A stretch of 26,338 nt of DNA from Alphaproteobacteria bacterium (GTDB taxonomy: Bacteria > Pseudomonadota > Alphaproteobacteria > UBA828). The stretch covers positions 1 through 26,338 of the forward strand of contig CAXXVO010000003.1 of NCBI GenBank assembly GCA_963422645.2, read 5' to 3'. The translations under genes were made by a program, and so were the position numbers. Positions 8,438-17,150 of this stretch are shown in pieces. The notes beneath the pieces were generated by a model. It did not search any database, was not told the DNA's origin, and worked only from the letters and a program-made list of their open reading frames with translations. Each line of letters starts with the position of its first letter. Positions within the stretch are counted from its first letter, which is position 1.

Positions 8438-9055
8438 CTATCCGGGCGTGACAGGAACACTTTCTGCGGGCGGCGCCGAGCCATCGCCGAGCCCGCAATA
8501 GCCCGTCCACGGCTTGAACCAGATCAGGCTCAGGAACAGACGCTCACCGAAGCGTCCGCCCCGCATCTGCCGCAGCACGAAGAGCAGCGGCACCTCCTCG
8601 GGTGGCATCACCAGTTCGCCACGCTTCGCTCCCCAGGGCTCCGTCGCCGGGAACGCCTCCAGCCACCACTTCCGCCAGCGGCGCAGTGTGGCGACCGAGA
8701 CCCCCCACTTCCGCTTGATCGTCTGCAACCGCACCCCGCCTCTCAGAACCAGTGCACTCAACAGAACGAACAGGGCGCCCAGATAAAAGCGGCGCCCGAA
8801 GAATCGTACCGATGGTGGGGTCGCTCGCAGGCGGCAATCCGCGCAGCAGAAGCTGAACCGCCGCGTGCCCTCTTCCCTCAACTCGGCTGCCAGACCGTAC
8901 GGCTTGCGCGGATACGTCGCGCTGTGCAGCTTGCCGGGGCAGTGTCGGCAGCCCGCCTCGCGGCAGCGCGCCGCCTCGGCCTCATCGACCTCGCGCAGCC
9001 AGGCCCAGACCAGGGCGTTGCAAAGCATGGAGTGGCGGAAAATGTTGTGCGACAT
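8438..9055 (-). CDS. Transposon-associated Zn-ribbon plus HTH-like protein (possibly DUF6431-like)
   Basis: CRHC...CCADC cysteine pairs followed by GVSVATLRRWRKWW; first gene inside the element end. Confidence 0.72.
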   Translation of the reverse strand: MSHNIFRHSMLCNALVWAWLREVDEAEAARCREAGCRHCPGKLHSATYPRKPYGLAAELREEGTRRFSFCCADCRLRATPPSVRFFGRRFYLGALFVLLSALVLRGGVRLQTIKRKWGVSVATLRRWRKWWLEAFPATEPWGAKRGELVMPPEEVPLLFVLRQMRGGRFGERLFLSLIWFKPWTGYCGLGDGSAPPAESVPVTPG

Positions 9056-9094
9056 TGGGGCCGTCTCTGGCGATTGTGACCGTCACCACGAGAC

Positions 9095-9134
9095 AAAGCC
9101 CCCCGGCGAACTTCTTGCAAGTTCGCCGAGGGGC
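9095..9134 (-). terminator. Strong hairpin with short U tail just inside the element end
   Basis: 16 bp stem 9098-9113 / 9119-9134 (one G-U pair on the minus-strand RNA), 5 nt loop, followed by UUUG. Confidence 0.6.
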
Positions 9135-9194
9135 ACCCGCCCCAAAACCTCAACAAATCCGAGCGGATCAGGCCCCGATCCCCGCCGAAAGACC

Positions 9195-9205
9195 GCGCGC
9201 GCTCA
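9195..9205 (-). repeat. Terminal inverted repeat TGAGCGCGCGC (minus strand)
   Basis: Partner of 4017-4027; its TGA supplies the premature stop of the adjacent SDR. Confidence 0.75.
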
Positions 9206-9853
9206 CCAGTAGCGCCCGATCGGCGAGAGGGCGTTCATGCGCTTCTCCTTGCCGGGCTGGGCGCGGATCGCTGCGTTCATGTCGGTCTCCGTCGCGCCGG
9301 GCGCCACCGCGTTGACGTTGATCCCGTGCGGTGCGAGCTCCATGCAGAGCGCCTTGGTGAGCAGCATCTGGCCGCCCTTCGACGCGCAATAGGCGGCGCC
9401 GGTGGCCGTGCCGACGACGCCGAGCGTGGAGGCGATGTTGACGATCTTGCCCGCGCCCTTCGCCTTCATTGCCGGCGCCACCGCCTTGACCATGAAGAAG
9501 CTGCCCTTGAGGTTGATGTCGATCTGGGCGTCCCAGAGGGCCTCGGTGGTCTCCTCCATGGGGAGCGGGTGATAGACGCCGGCGTTGTTGATGAGGATGT
9601 CGATGGTGCCGAAGGCGTCCGCCACCGCCGCCGCCAGCCGCTCGCATTCGGCCACCTGCGAGACATCCGCCTGAAACGGTGCCGCCCGGCCGCCGGCGTC
9701 CGCGATCTCCTGCACCACGGCCTCGGCCTTGGCCCGCGCCGTGTGCGCCACCACTGCGACTGCGGCCCCTTCGGCCGCGAGGCGGCGCGCGATGCAGGCC
9801 CCAATCCCGCGCGAGCCGCCGGTGACGATCGCGACTTTGCCCTCAAGTCTCAT
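9203..9853 (-). pseudogene. FabG-like SDR oxidoreductase truncated at its C-terminus by the transposon
   Basis: MRLEGKVAIVTGGSRGIG, NNAG, YCASK and NAVAPG motifs; ends at PIGRYW on the element's TGA and lacks the usual final helix and VDGG strand. Confidence 0.85.
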
Positions 9854-9881
9854 TCCCTGTCTCCCCCTGCAGACGGCCGGC

Positions 9882-9893
9882 ACGATAGCACGG
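9882..9893 (-). promoter_or_regulatory. Candidate extended -10 element (CCGTGCTATCGT) for the SDR
   Basis: TGnTAnnnT pattern 28 nt upstream of ATG 9853; identical 12-mer precedes ruvX on the other strand. Confidence 0.4.
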
Positions 9894-10059
9894 CTACCCT
9901 TTTCATTTCCCTCAGTCGCCGGGCGCTCGCATCGTGCGCTCCGCGCGCGTGGACGCGCGACGCTCGCTTGGCTTTCGCGCCATTCGGCGCGCGGCGCGGT
10001 CGCGCCGTCCGGGCCTGACGGCCCGGCTCACCTCATATCCGCCATCGGGTGCGCTGCGC

Positions 10060-10071
10060 CCGTGCTATCGT
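10060..10071 (+). promoter_or_regulatory. Candidate extended -10 element (CCGTGCTATCGT) for ruvX
   Basis: TGnTAnnnT pattern 15 nt upstream of ATG 10087. Confidence 0.4.
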
Positions 10072-10086
10072 CGCCGCCGACGAGTC

Positions 10087-10551
10087 ATGGCAATCTGCGA
10101 TCTGAGCAAGATGAACGGTCTGCTGGCGGCGGAGGCGCGCCTGATGGGGCTCGATCTCGGCACCAAGACCATCGGGATCGCGGTCTCCGACGTAAGCCGC
10201 ATGATCGCGAGCGCGCGGACGACGCTCCGGCGGACCAAGCTTTCCCGCGATATCGAGACGCTGCGCGCGACGATCGCGGCGGAGGGAATCGGCGGCATCG
10301 TGGTGGGACTCCCGGTCAACATGGACGGGAGCGAGGGCCCGCGCGCGCAGTCCGCCCGTGACACCGCGGCACGGCTAGCCGAGGCGCTGGCGCTGCCGGT
10401 CGCCTTCTGGGACGAGCGTTGGTCCACCGTTGCGGCCGAGCGCACGTTGCTCGACGCCGATCTCTCGCGCCGCAAGCGCGCGCGGGTCGTGGATCAGGTG
10501 GCTGCGGCCTACATCCTGCAGGGGGCGCTCGACCGGCTGCGCGCGCCGTAG
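10087..10551 (+). CDS. ruvX: YqgF/RuvX RNase H-fold nuclease (pre-16S rRNA maturation)
   Basis: LMGLDLGTKTIGIAVSD, VVGLPVNMDGSEG, WDERWST, VDQVAAAYILQGALD. Confidence 0.95.
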   Translation: MAICDLSKMNGLLAAEARLMGLDLGTKTIGIAVSDVSRMIASARTTLRRTKLSRDIETLRATIAAEGIGGIVVGLPVNMDGSEGPRAQSARDTAARLAEALALPVAFWDERWSTVAAERTLLDADLSRRKRARVVDQVAAAYILQGALDRLRAP

Positions 10552-10633
10552 CAGACCGTTCCCATGTCAATGCCGCCGTTTGCGCGGCGCATGGGACGCG
10601 ACTCGGGTCGAGACAATGGTGAGAAATCCCTTG

Positions 10634-11575
10634 CTAGCGAAACTCGCGGATCGCGCCGCGCTGCACCACCAGACTCGCGAGCAGGACGATGGCGAGGCCG
10701 GGCACCGTCAACAGCGGTGGCGCGGGCTTACCCAGGGCTAGGTCGAGAAGGAGCACGATCGCAGGCAGCGCGTAGCCGTAGGCCTGCACTCTGGTCGCGC
10801 CGATGCGGAGCGTCGTGTACTGGGTGATGAAGAAGGAGATGATGGTCGGGACGATCGCGAGATAGGCGATGCCGCCCAGCACCACCGCCTCGACGCCCGA
10901 CCAGTCGGTGCGCCAGAGCTTGACGTTGCTGGCCGCCACCAGCCAGATCGCTGCAGCCAGCAGGGTCCAGAAGGTGAGCACCATGACCGGCTCGCCCCGA
11001 TGCAGGCGTTTGATGAGCGGGCCGTAGATGCCGAAGCCGACGCAGCCGGCGAGGAAGATCCCGTCGCCGATATTGACCTCGAACGCGATCAGGCGTGCCG
11101 GGTCGCCGCGGAAGATGATCCAAAGCGCGCCGATCATACCGAGTAAGAGTGCGGCCAGGCGATGGATGCCAAGCCGTTCGCCCACCAGCACAGCACCGAA
11201 GAGCGCCGAGAGGCCCGGCACGATGGTGAAGATCGCGCTGGTGTTGAGGGCGCTCGTGTCGCGCAGCGCCTCGAACATGCACCAGAAAAAGAAGGCCAAC
11301 GGCGCGCCGAGCGCGAAATATCGCAGGCACGCCTTGGCGTCCGGCAGCTCCAGCCCCTCTCGCCAGGCCACGATCGGCGCCATCAGGAGCGCCGCGAGCA
11401 CGAAGCGGATGCACATCATTACGGCCGGGTCGAGACCGTGGGTAATGAGCTCGCCGAGAGGAAAAGAAGTCGAGATGACGACGGTCATCAGGAAGGCGAG
11501 CACGTGCGCATGCGCCTGGCCCGTGCGCGCGACACCGGCGGGCTGAGGCGTCGCCTGCGGAGTCTCCTGTCCCAT
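10634..11575 (-). CDS. DMT/EamA-family transporter
   Basis: About ten hydrophobic helices in two repeats; IRFVLA, LVGERLG and GDGIFL patterns. Confidence 0.9.
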   Translation of the reverse strand: MGQETPQATPQPAGVARTGQAHAHVLAFLMTVVISTSFPLGELITHGLDPAVMMCIRFVLAALLMAPIVAWREGLELPDAKACLRYFALGAPLAFFFWCMFEALRDTSALNTSAIFTIVPGLSALFGAVLVGERLGIHRLAALLLGMIGALWIIFRGDPARLIAFEVNIGDGIFLAGCVGFGIYGPLIKRLHRGEPVMVLTFWTLLAAAIWLVAASNVKLWRTDWSGVEAVVLGGIAYLAIVPTIISFFITQYTTLRIGATRVQAYGYALPAIVLLLDLALGKPAPPLLTVPGLAIVLLASLVVQRGAIREFR

Positions 11576-11633
11576 GCCTCACACTACCGCCTGCACGACG
11601 GTGGGAAACAGCCCCCACGCGGGCGGAGCGGCG

Positions 11634-13718
11634 TCAGGCAGTCGAGCGCTCGCGGAGCGCGACGATGGCGCCGAGCAGGACGAGGCCGTAGATGATGTTG
11701 CGCACGGCCTCGGGCAGCACCGTGCCGGACAGCATGATGCCGAGGCCGGTGAAGAGGATCGCGCCGCCGAGGATGCCGAGATAGTGGCCGCGGCCTCCGG
11801 TGATCAGGGTGCCGCCGAGCACGACCACGGCGATTGAGGAGAGCAGATAGGGGTCGCCCATGCCGTAGAACGCCTGGGCGCTGAAGCCCGCGAGGAAGAC
11901 CCCGACCAGCGCCGAGCAGAAGCCGCTCAGCATGTAGGCGCCGACGATCGGGAAGCCGATGCGCACGCCCGAGAGGCGGCTGACGCGCTGGCTGTTGCCG
12001 ACGGCGAAGATGCGCCGGCCCTGCGCGCTCCTGTTCAGGTAGAGGGTCGCGACCACGACGAAGCCGACGAGGAACCAGCCGATCGGCGCGATGCCGCCGA
12101 TGCGTCCGGTGACGAACCAGGCGAGCGCCGGCGGCGCCTTGCCGATGGGCGCGCCCGAGCTGAACAGCAGCGACACCCCTTCCAGGATGCCGTTCATGGC
12201 AAGCGTCACGATGATCGGCGAGAGCCCGAAGAGGACGATGGTCATGCCGTTGAGGAAGCCGATGGCGATCCCGATCCCGAGCGCCGCCGGGATCACCCAC
12301 GCCGCCGGCGCGTCGACCCCGTTGCAGAGGGTGGTGACGACGATCGCCGGGAAGGTCATGGTCCACGGCACCGAGAGATCGAGCCCGCCGGTGATGATGA
12401 CCGTGCCCTGGCCGAGGCCGAGAATGGCGAGGAAGGCGGTCAGGATCAGCATCGCGTTGAGATAGGCGAGCGGCGAGAAATCGCCGCCGAAGATGCCGAC
12501 GGTGACACCCAGAATGACGAGGTAGATGAGGTAGGCCGGCACGGCGAAGCGCAGCACCGCGCGGTGCCGGTCGAGCCAGGGGACGGCGGCAACGCTGGCG
12601 CCGCCGCCTGCCGGCGGGTCCAGCCCACCGAGCCGGATCGGCTCACCCACGACGCGCAGCCTGGAGGGGAGGGAGGACTCCCGGAGCGCTCGCAACGTCG
12701 CCCGCCAGAAGCGGGTGATCTCCACCACGGGCGACTCGCGCCCGAGCGAGAACCCGAGCACGGCGATGAGCAGGATCACGCCCTCGACGATCGGCGTGTA
12801 GTAGGTGCGCACGCCGAGCACGAGGAAGATGTTCACGACCACGGTGAGCGTGAGCGCGCCGAAGATCGTGCCGACAGCGCCGCCCCGTCCGCCGCCGATC
12901 AGCGTGCCCCCCAGCACCACGGCGGCAAAGATCTGCAGCAGCATCTTGGCGCCGATCAACGGGTCGCCGCCGCCCATGTTGGCGGTGATGAAGAGGCCGG
13001 CGGCGCCGTAGCACATGCCGGCGAAGGTGAAGGTGAAGAAGCGGGTGTGGCGGACGTCGACCCCGTTGGCCTCGGCCGACCCTGCGTCGCTGCCGATGGC
13101 ATAGATGCCGGTGCCGATCCGCGTGTTCTTGAGCAGGAGCCAGAACAGGATGGCGACCGCCAGGACCACGACGGGGGCGGGCAGGCCCTCGGCGATGACA
13201 TCGCCGGTGAAGACCAGGCTGAAGTCCCACGGCATCTCGCCGCCGGGGAACTTCAGCACCAGCAACGCCGCCCCTTGCGCGATGAACATGGTGGCGAGCG
13301 TCACCACGATCGATTGCAGGCGCACATAGGCGACGAGGAAGCCGTTGAGCGCGCCGATGGCGGCACCCAGGCCGAGCGCGATGACCAGCGCAACGAGGGT
13401 AAAGAGGCCGGTCCCCATGTCGGCGACGGGGCTGAGCTGAGTGACCAGCACCACGTTGACAAGCGAGATCACCGCGCCGGCGGAGAGGTCGAGCCCACCG
13501 GCGAGGATGACGATGGTCTCGCCGAGCGCGGCGAGCGCCAGCGTCGCGGCGCTCGCGCTGATGCTGCTGATGTCGAAGTAGGCGATGCCCTGGCCGGTGA
13601 TGAGCTGCAGCGCGATCATGGTGGCGGCGAACACGGCGATGGCGATGATCGTGCCGCGCTGGCGCGACCAGCTGAACGGCGGCAGGTAGGGCGCTCTCGG
13701 CAACCCGAGTGTCGTCAT
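11634..13718 (-). CDS. Monosaccharide-type (RbsC-like) ABC permease with two fused permease domains
   Basis: Two copies each of GGLDLS, IVTLA and VVLGGTLIxGGRG joined by a hydrophilic linker; ATGA overlap with the ATPase gene. Confidence 0.92.
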   Translation of the reverse strand: MTTLGLPRAPYLPPFSWSRQRGTIIAIAVFAATMIALQLITGQGIAYFDISSISASAATLALAALGETIVILAGGLDLSAGAVISLVNVVLVTQLSPVADMGTGLFTLVALVIALGLGAAIGALNGFLVAYVRLQSIVVTLATMFIAQGAALLVLKFPGGEMPWDFSLVFTGDVIAEGLPAPVVVLAVAILFWLLLKNTRIGTGIYAIGSDAGSAEANGVDVRHTRFFTFTFAGMCYGAAGLFITANMGGGDPLIGAKMLLQIFAAVVLGGTLIGGGRGGAVGTIFGALTLTVVVNIFLVLGVRTYYTPIVEGVILLIAVLGFSLGRESPVVEITRFWRATLRALRESSLPSRLRVVGEPIRLGGLDPPAGGGASVAAVPWLDRHRAVLRFAVPAYLIYLVILGVTVGIFGGDFSPLAYLNAMLILTAFLAILGLGQGTVIITGGLDLSVPWTMTFPAIVVTTLCNGVDAPAAWVIPAALGIGIAIGFLNGMTIVLFGLSPIIVTLAMNGILEGVSLLFSSGAPIGKAPPALAWFVTGRIGGIAPIGWFLVGFVVVATLYLNRSAQGRRIFAVGNSQRVSRLSGVRIGFPIVGAYMLSGFCSALVGVFLAGFSAQAFYGMGDPYLLSSIAVVVLGGTLITGGRGHYLGILGGAILFTGLGIMLSGTVLPEAVRNIIYGLVLLGAIVALRERSTA

Positions 13719-15238
13719 CTGGCGCCCTCGCCGAGCGCTGCGCGCATGATGCTGGCCTCGGTGATCTCGGCGCCGGCGAGCGAGGCTGCCTTGTGGCCGC
13801 GGTAGATCACCATCACCGAATCGCAGAGGTTCACCAGCTCAGGCACGTCGGTGGAGTAGTAGAGCACGGCCCCGCCGGCATCCGCGTAGGCGCGCACGAG
13901 GGCGTAGATCTCCGCCTTGGTGCCGACGTCGACGCCCCGCGTCGGGTCGTACATGAGCAGCACGCGGCTCTCGGCGAGCAGCCACTTGGCGATGGCGATC
14001 TTCTGCTGGTTGCCGCCGCTGAAGACATTGCAGGCGCTATGGAGCGCGCGCCTGTCGACCTGCACCATGTCCAGCGCCCGTCCCACCGCCTGCGCCTCCT
14101 GCGCCAGGTCCACGAGGCCGAAGCGTACGCAGCGGTCGACGATCGGGAGCGAGATGTTCTCGCGGCCCGTTAGCGCGAGGAAGAGTGCCTCGGTCTTGCG
14201 GTCTTCCGGCACGAAGCTGATGCCGATGCGGCTGTTCACCGCGTCCTTCGGCGTGCGCAGGGTCACCCGGTTGCCGCCGATCCGGATGTCGCCGGCCCTG
14301 AGCCCCACCATGCCGAAGAGCGCGAGGAAGAGGTCGCGCTGGCCCATGCCCTCCAGTCCGCCCACGCCCAGTATCTCGCCGGACCAGAGGTCGAACGAGA
14401 AGTCCTGCACGCCGCCTTCGATGGCCAATCCGTCGCCGGCCAGGATCGGCGCCTCCCCGCGCTTTGCCAACTGCGCCGGCTTGGGCGGGAAGGTCGCCGC
14501 CAGCGAGCGCCCGATCACCAGCTCGATCACCCGGTCGTCGGAGATTTCGTCGGCCCTGAAGCTTCCCACCATGCGGCCGTTGCGCAGGATCGTCAGGCTG
14601 TCGCAGAAGTCCCGCACCTCCTGCATCCGGTGCGAGATGAAGACGATGGTCGTTCCCTCGGCGCGCAGCCGCTCGAACAGCGCGCCGAGCCACTGCACGT
14701 CGTTGCCGGAGAGCGAAGAGGTCGGTTCGTCCAACAGAAGCAACCGCGGCTTGCGCGAGACGGCGCGGGCAATCTCGATCTTCTGCTGCGTCGGCAGCGC
14801 CAGCGTCCGCACCTCGGCGTTGGGGTCGATATCGTCCAGGCCGAGGTCGGCAAGGGCGCGCCGCACTTTCTGTTCTGATTCGCGCCGTCTGATGTTCCCG
14901 CTGGGGCCGGTCGGCTCATAGGGCAGCAGCATGTTCTGCACGACCGTGAGGTCGCCGATCAGCGAGATTTCCTGATAGGCGGTCTGGATGCCCAGCCGGT
15001 GGGAGTCTCTTGGCGTATGGATGTGTGCGGGGCTGTCGAACAACTCGATGTCGCCGGTGTCCGGCCGGCTGAGCCCGCTCAGGATCTTGACCAGCGTCGA
15101 CTTGCCGGCACCGTTCTCGCCGAGCAGCGCGTGGACCTCGCCGCGCGGAATGGCGAGCGAGACGTCGTCGAGCGCGACCGTCGCGCCGAAGGCCTTGCTC
15201 AGGCCGCGGACCTCAACCGCCGGCGCCTGCTCATTCAT
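13715..15238 (-). CDS. Sugar ABC ATP-binding protein, RbsA-like tandem ABC domains
   Basis: GENGAGKST, LLLDEPT, FISHRM, VPEDRK, FSGGNQQK, DPTRGVDVG. Confidence 0.95.
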   Translation of the reverse strand: MNEQAPAVEVRGLSKAFGATVALDDVSLAIPRGEVHALLGENGAGKSTLVKILSGLSRPDTGDIELFDSPAHIHTPRDSHRLGIQTAYQEISLIGDLTVVQNMLLPYEPTGPSGNIRRRESEQKVRRALADLGLDDIDPNAEVRTLALPTQQKIEIARAVSRKPRLLLLDEPTSSLSGNDVQWLGALFERLRAEGTTIVFISHRMQEVRDFCDSLTILRNGRMVGSFRADEISDDRVIELVIGRSLAATFPPKPAQLAKRGEAPILAGDGLAIEGGVQDFSFDLWSGEILGVGGLEGMGQRDLFLALFGMVGLRAGDIRIGGNRVTLRTPKDAVNSRIGISFVPEDRKTEALFLALTGRENISLPIVDRCVRFGLVDLAQEAQAVGRALDMVQVDRRALHSACNVFSGGNQQKIAIAKWLLAESRVLLMYDPTRGVDVGTKAEIYALVRAYADAGGAVLYYSTDVPELVNLCDSVMVIYRGHKAASLAGAEITEASIMRAALGEGAR

Positions 15239-15281
15239 TGCCGGCTTCCGCGCCGCCGCCCGCCGGTCATGCCGGGAGCAC

Positions 15282-15308
15282 GGGGCGCAGCCACAAGTGC
15301 TGCGCCCC
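15282..15308 (-). other. Intercistronic hairpin downstream of the binding-protein gene
   Basis: GGGGCGCAGC (15282-15291) / GCTGCGCCCC (15299-15308), 7 nt loop; no U tract. Confidence 0.6.
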
Positions 15309-15367
15309 TATTGCCTCCGATCCGGCCGAGACCGGCCCGGCCCGTTGGCGCTGCCTCAGGGCTGCGA

Positions 15368-16489
15368 TCAGCTACCGTCGGGCACCTTGCCCTCGAGCGC
15401 GGAATAGACGTCGAGCTCGGGCACCTGCGAATGCCACACGTCGATGAAGTAGTTCGACGGCGCGACGGAAAGCGGCACCGCATTGCAGGACCACTCCTTG
15501 GCGGTGAGCTCGGCCTTGTCCGCCGTGTCGCAGAGCTCCGTCTGCCCCGGCGTGATCAGGGGCATCGGGATTTCGGCGAAGCGCGGGATCTCGGCGCCAT
15601 CGAACTTTGCCATCCCGAGCTTGAAGGCAAAGGGCGCCGCCCAGGGCGGCGAGCCCATGGAGGCGCTGCGCAGCCCATAGGCGCCCTCGGTCGTTCCCGG
15701 CGCGAGCTGGGCCACGCGGTGACCGTTGGTGCCGTTGCCGGCGCAAGGCTTGAGCTGGTCGCCGCGGCCCTCGTCCACCTGCATCTGGGTGAAGACGTAG
15801 CAGCCGGTCTGGGTCCACAGGCCGTCGATCTTGTCCCAGCCGTGGGTGGCGACGATCTCGGTGAGCTTCTGCTTCGCCGTGGCGTTGTTCCACATGCTCG
15901 GCGTGTCGGCGATGATCGTGATGTCCGCGAACTCGGCGAACACCGCCTTGGCCGCGGAGTTCCGCCGCAGGTCGACCATGTTGCCGGGGATGCCGCCCAT
16001 GAAGACGATGTTGCCCTTGCCGCCAAGCTCCTCGGCCAGCCATTCGGCCGGCCCCGCGCCGGCCCAGTCCTGATTGATGCCGACGTGATAAGCGCACGGC
16101 TCGGTGACCTGGGCGTCGAAGGTGATGAAGACCACGCCCCGGCGGCAGGCGTTACGAATGGCGCGGTTGAGCGCTGTCGGCGAGATTGCCCACGCGACGA
16201 TGACTTGCGCACCCGCCTGCACCATCGCGTTGATCTGCTGGATCTGGGTCTGCGCATTGCCGCGCGCGGACTGGATTTCGATATCCACCCGGTCCTTGTA
16301 GTCATTGGTCCCTGCTATCGAGCTCAGCAGGTTGGTGGACGCATCCATCCAGGTGTTGCCCTCGAAACCCAGGCTCACATAGACCTTGATCTTCTCCTCC
16401 GCGGCGGCCGTCCCGGCCGGAGCCAAACCGCCCGCGAGAAGCGCCAGTGCCGCAGCCCCGAGCGCCGCATTGCGCAGATATTTTCTCAT
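15368..16489 (-). CDS. Periplasmic sugar-type ABC substrate-binding protein (type I fold)
   Basis: AGGAGG RBS, signal peptide MRKYLRNAALGAAALALLAGG, QIQQINAMVQAG, LGGKGNIVFMGGIPG. Confidence 0.92.
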   Translation of the reverse strand: MRKYLRNAALGAAALALLAGGLAPAGTAAAEEKIKVYVSLGFEGNTWMDASTNLLSSIAGTNDYKDRVDIEIQSARGNAQTQIQQINAMVQAGAQVIVAWAISPTALNRAIRNACRRGVVFITFDAQVTEPCAYHVGINQDWAGAGPAEWLAEELGGKGNIVFMGGIPGNMVDLRRNSAAKAVFAEFADITIIADTPSMWNNATAKQKLTEIVATHGWDKIDGLWTQTGCYVFTQMQVDEGRGDQLKPCAGNGTNGHRVAQLAPGTTEGAYGLRSASMGSPPWAAPFAFKLGMAKFDGAEIPRFAEIPMPLITPGQTELCDTADKAELTAKEWSCNAVPLSVAPSNYFIDVWHSQVPELDVYSALEGKVPDGS

Positions 16490-16631
16490 TTGAGTAGCCT
16501 CCTGCTTGTCTTGCCGAGTACGCGTTCTTGTTGTTGCCCGTTGGCGGACGCGCACTTCATACCGGTACTGCCATCATAGGCGGTGCATTCTTGTGGGGAC
16601 AAGCTGGGGAAAGCTCGGTGAGATATGCGGG

Positions 16632-17150
16632 CTAGAACGGCTGCGTGAGCATTGGGAAGCTCTGATCGCAGTTCGTGAGGTCGATGCGCTTGAGCCGGAT
16701 GCGCAGCCGTTCGCCTTCTTGCACGACGGTATGGGAATAGCGGCCGCCAAAGACGCGCTGCGGGTTGCCGGGGCGGTCTTCCACCATCACGAACTTGGAG
16801 CGCACCAGCCAGGCGCCGTCCGCCGTCACTTCGTCGAGCCTTACGCCGGAGATCACCCGCACGCAGCGGGACGGTGGGCTCTGGCAGTGGATGCGGGGAT
16901 GGTTGAGCCGCTGGACGCGGACTCGCATCGTCGTCTTGTCGTCGAAGAAGAGCGACACGTGATCGTGCCAGCTCTCCTGTTCAGGGCTGGCGGGCACCCA
17001 GTAGGCGGCGTCTTCGGTATAGAGATCGCACCATTCGTCGAAGCGGCGGTCGTCCAGCAGGTCCGCCTCGTGCTCGATGAAGCGGCGCAGCTCCTCCAGC
17101 ACGACGGCGTTCGAGCCGGCGGCGGCGCGGGCCTCGGCGGTGACGCTCAT
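16632..17150 (-). CDS. Aromatic ring-hydroxylating oxygenase beta subunit
   Basis: EADLLDDRRFDEWCDLYTEDAAYWVP and KRIDLTNCD; ATGA overlap with the alpha subunit stop. Confidence 0.92.
   Translation of the reverse strand: MSVTAEARAAAGSNAVVLEELRRFIEHEADLLDDRRFDEWCDLYTEDAAYWVPASPEQESWHDHVSLFFDDKTTMRVRVQRLNHPRIHCQSPPSRCVRVISGVRLDEVTADGAWLVRSKFVMVEDRPGNPQRVFGGRYSHTVVQEGERLRIRLKRIDLTNCDQSFPMLTQPF

Larger units (their letters stand above)
4017..9205 (-). mobile_element. Five-gene DDE transposon (Zn-ribbon/HTH protein, transposase, AAA+ ATPase, RepA-like helicase, Toprim primase-like protein)
   Basis: TG...CA ends with 11 bp inverted repeats, five co-oriented and partly overlapping ORFs, and a truncated gene exactly at each boundary. 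Confidence 0.85.

Noticed and set aside
3447-9205. One element running from the TGT at 3447 to 9205
   Set aside because: The 3447 end shares no inverted repeat or target duplication with 9205, while 4017 does match it and coincides with the phage gene break.
10087-10551. ruvX as part of the transposon
   Set aside because: It lies outside the element end, beyond the truncated SDR, and is a housekeeping gene.
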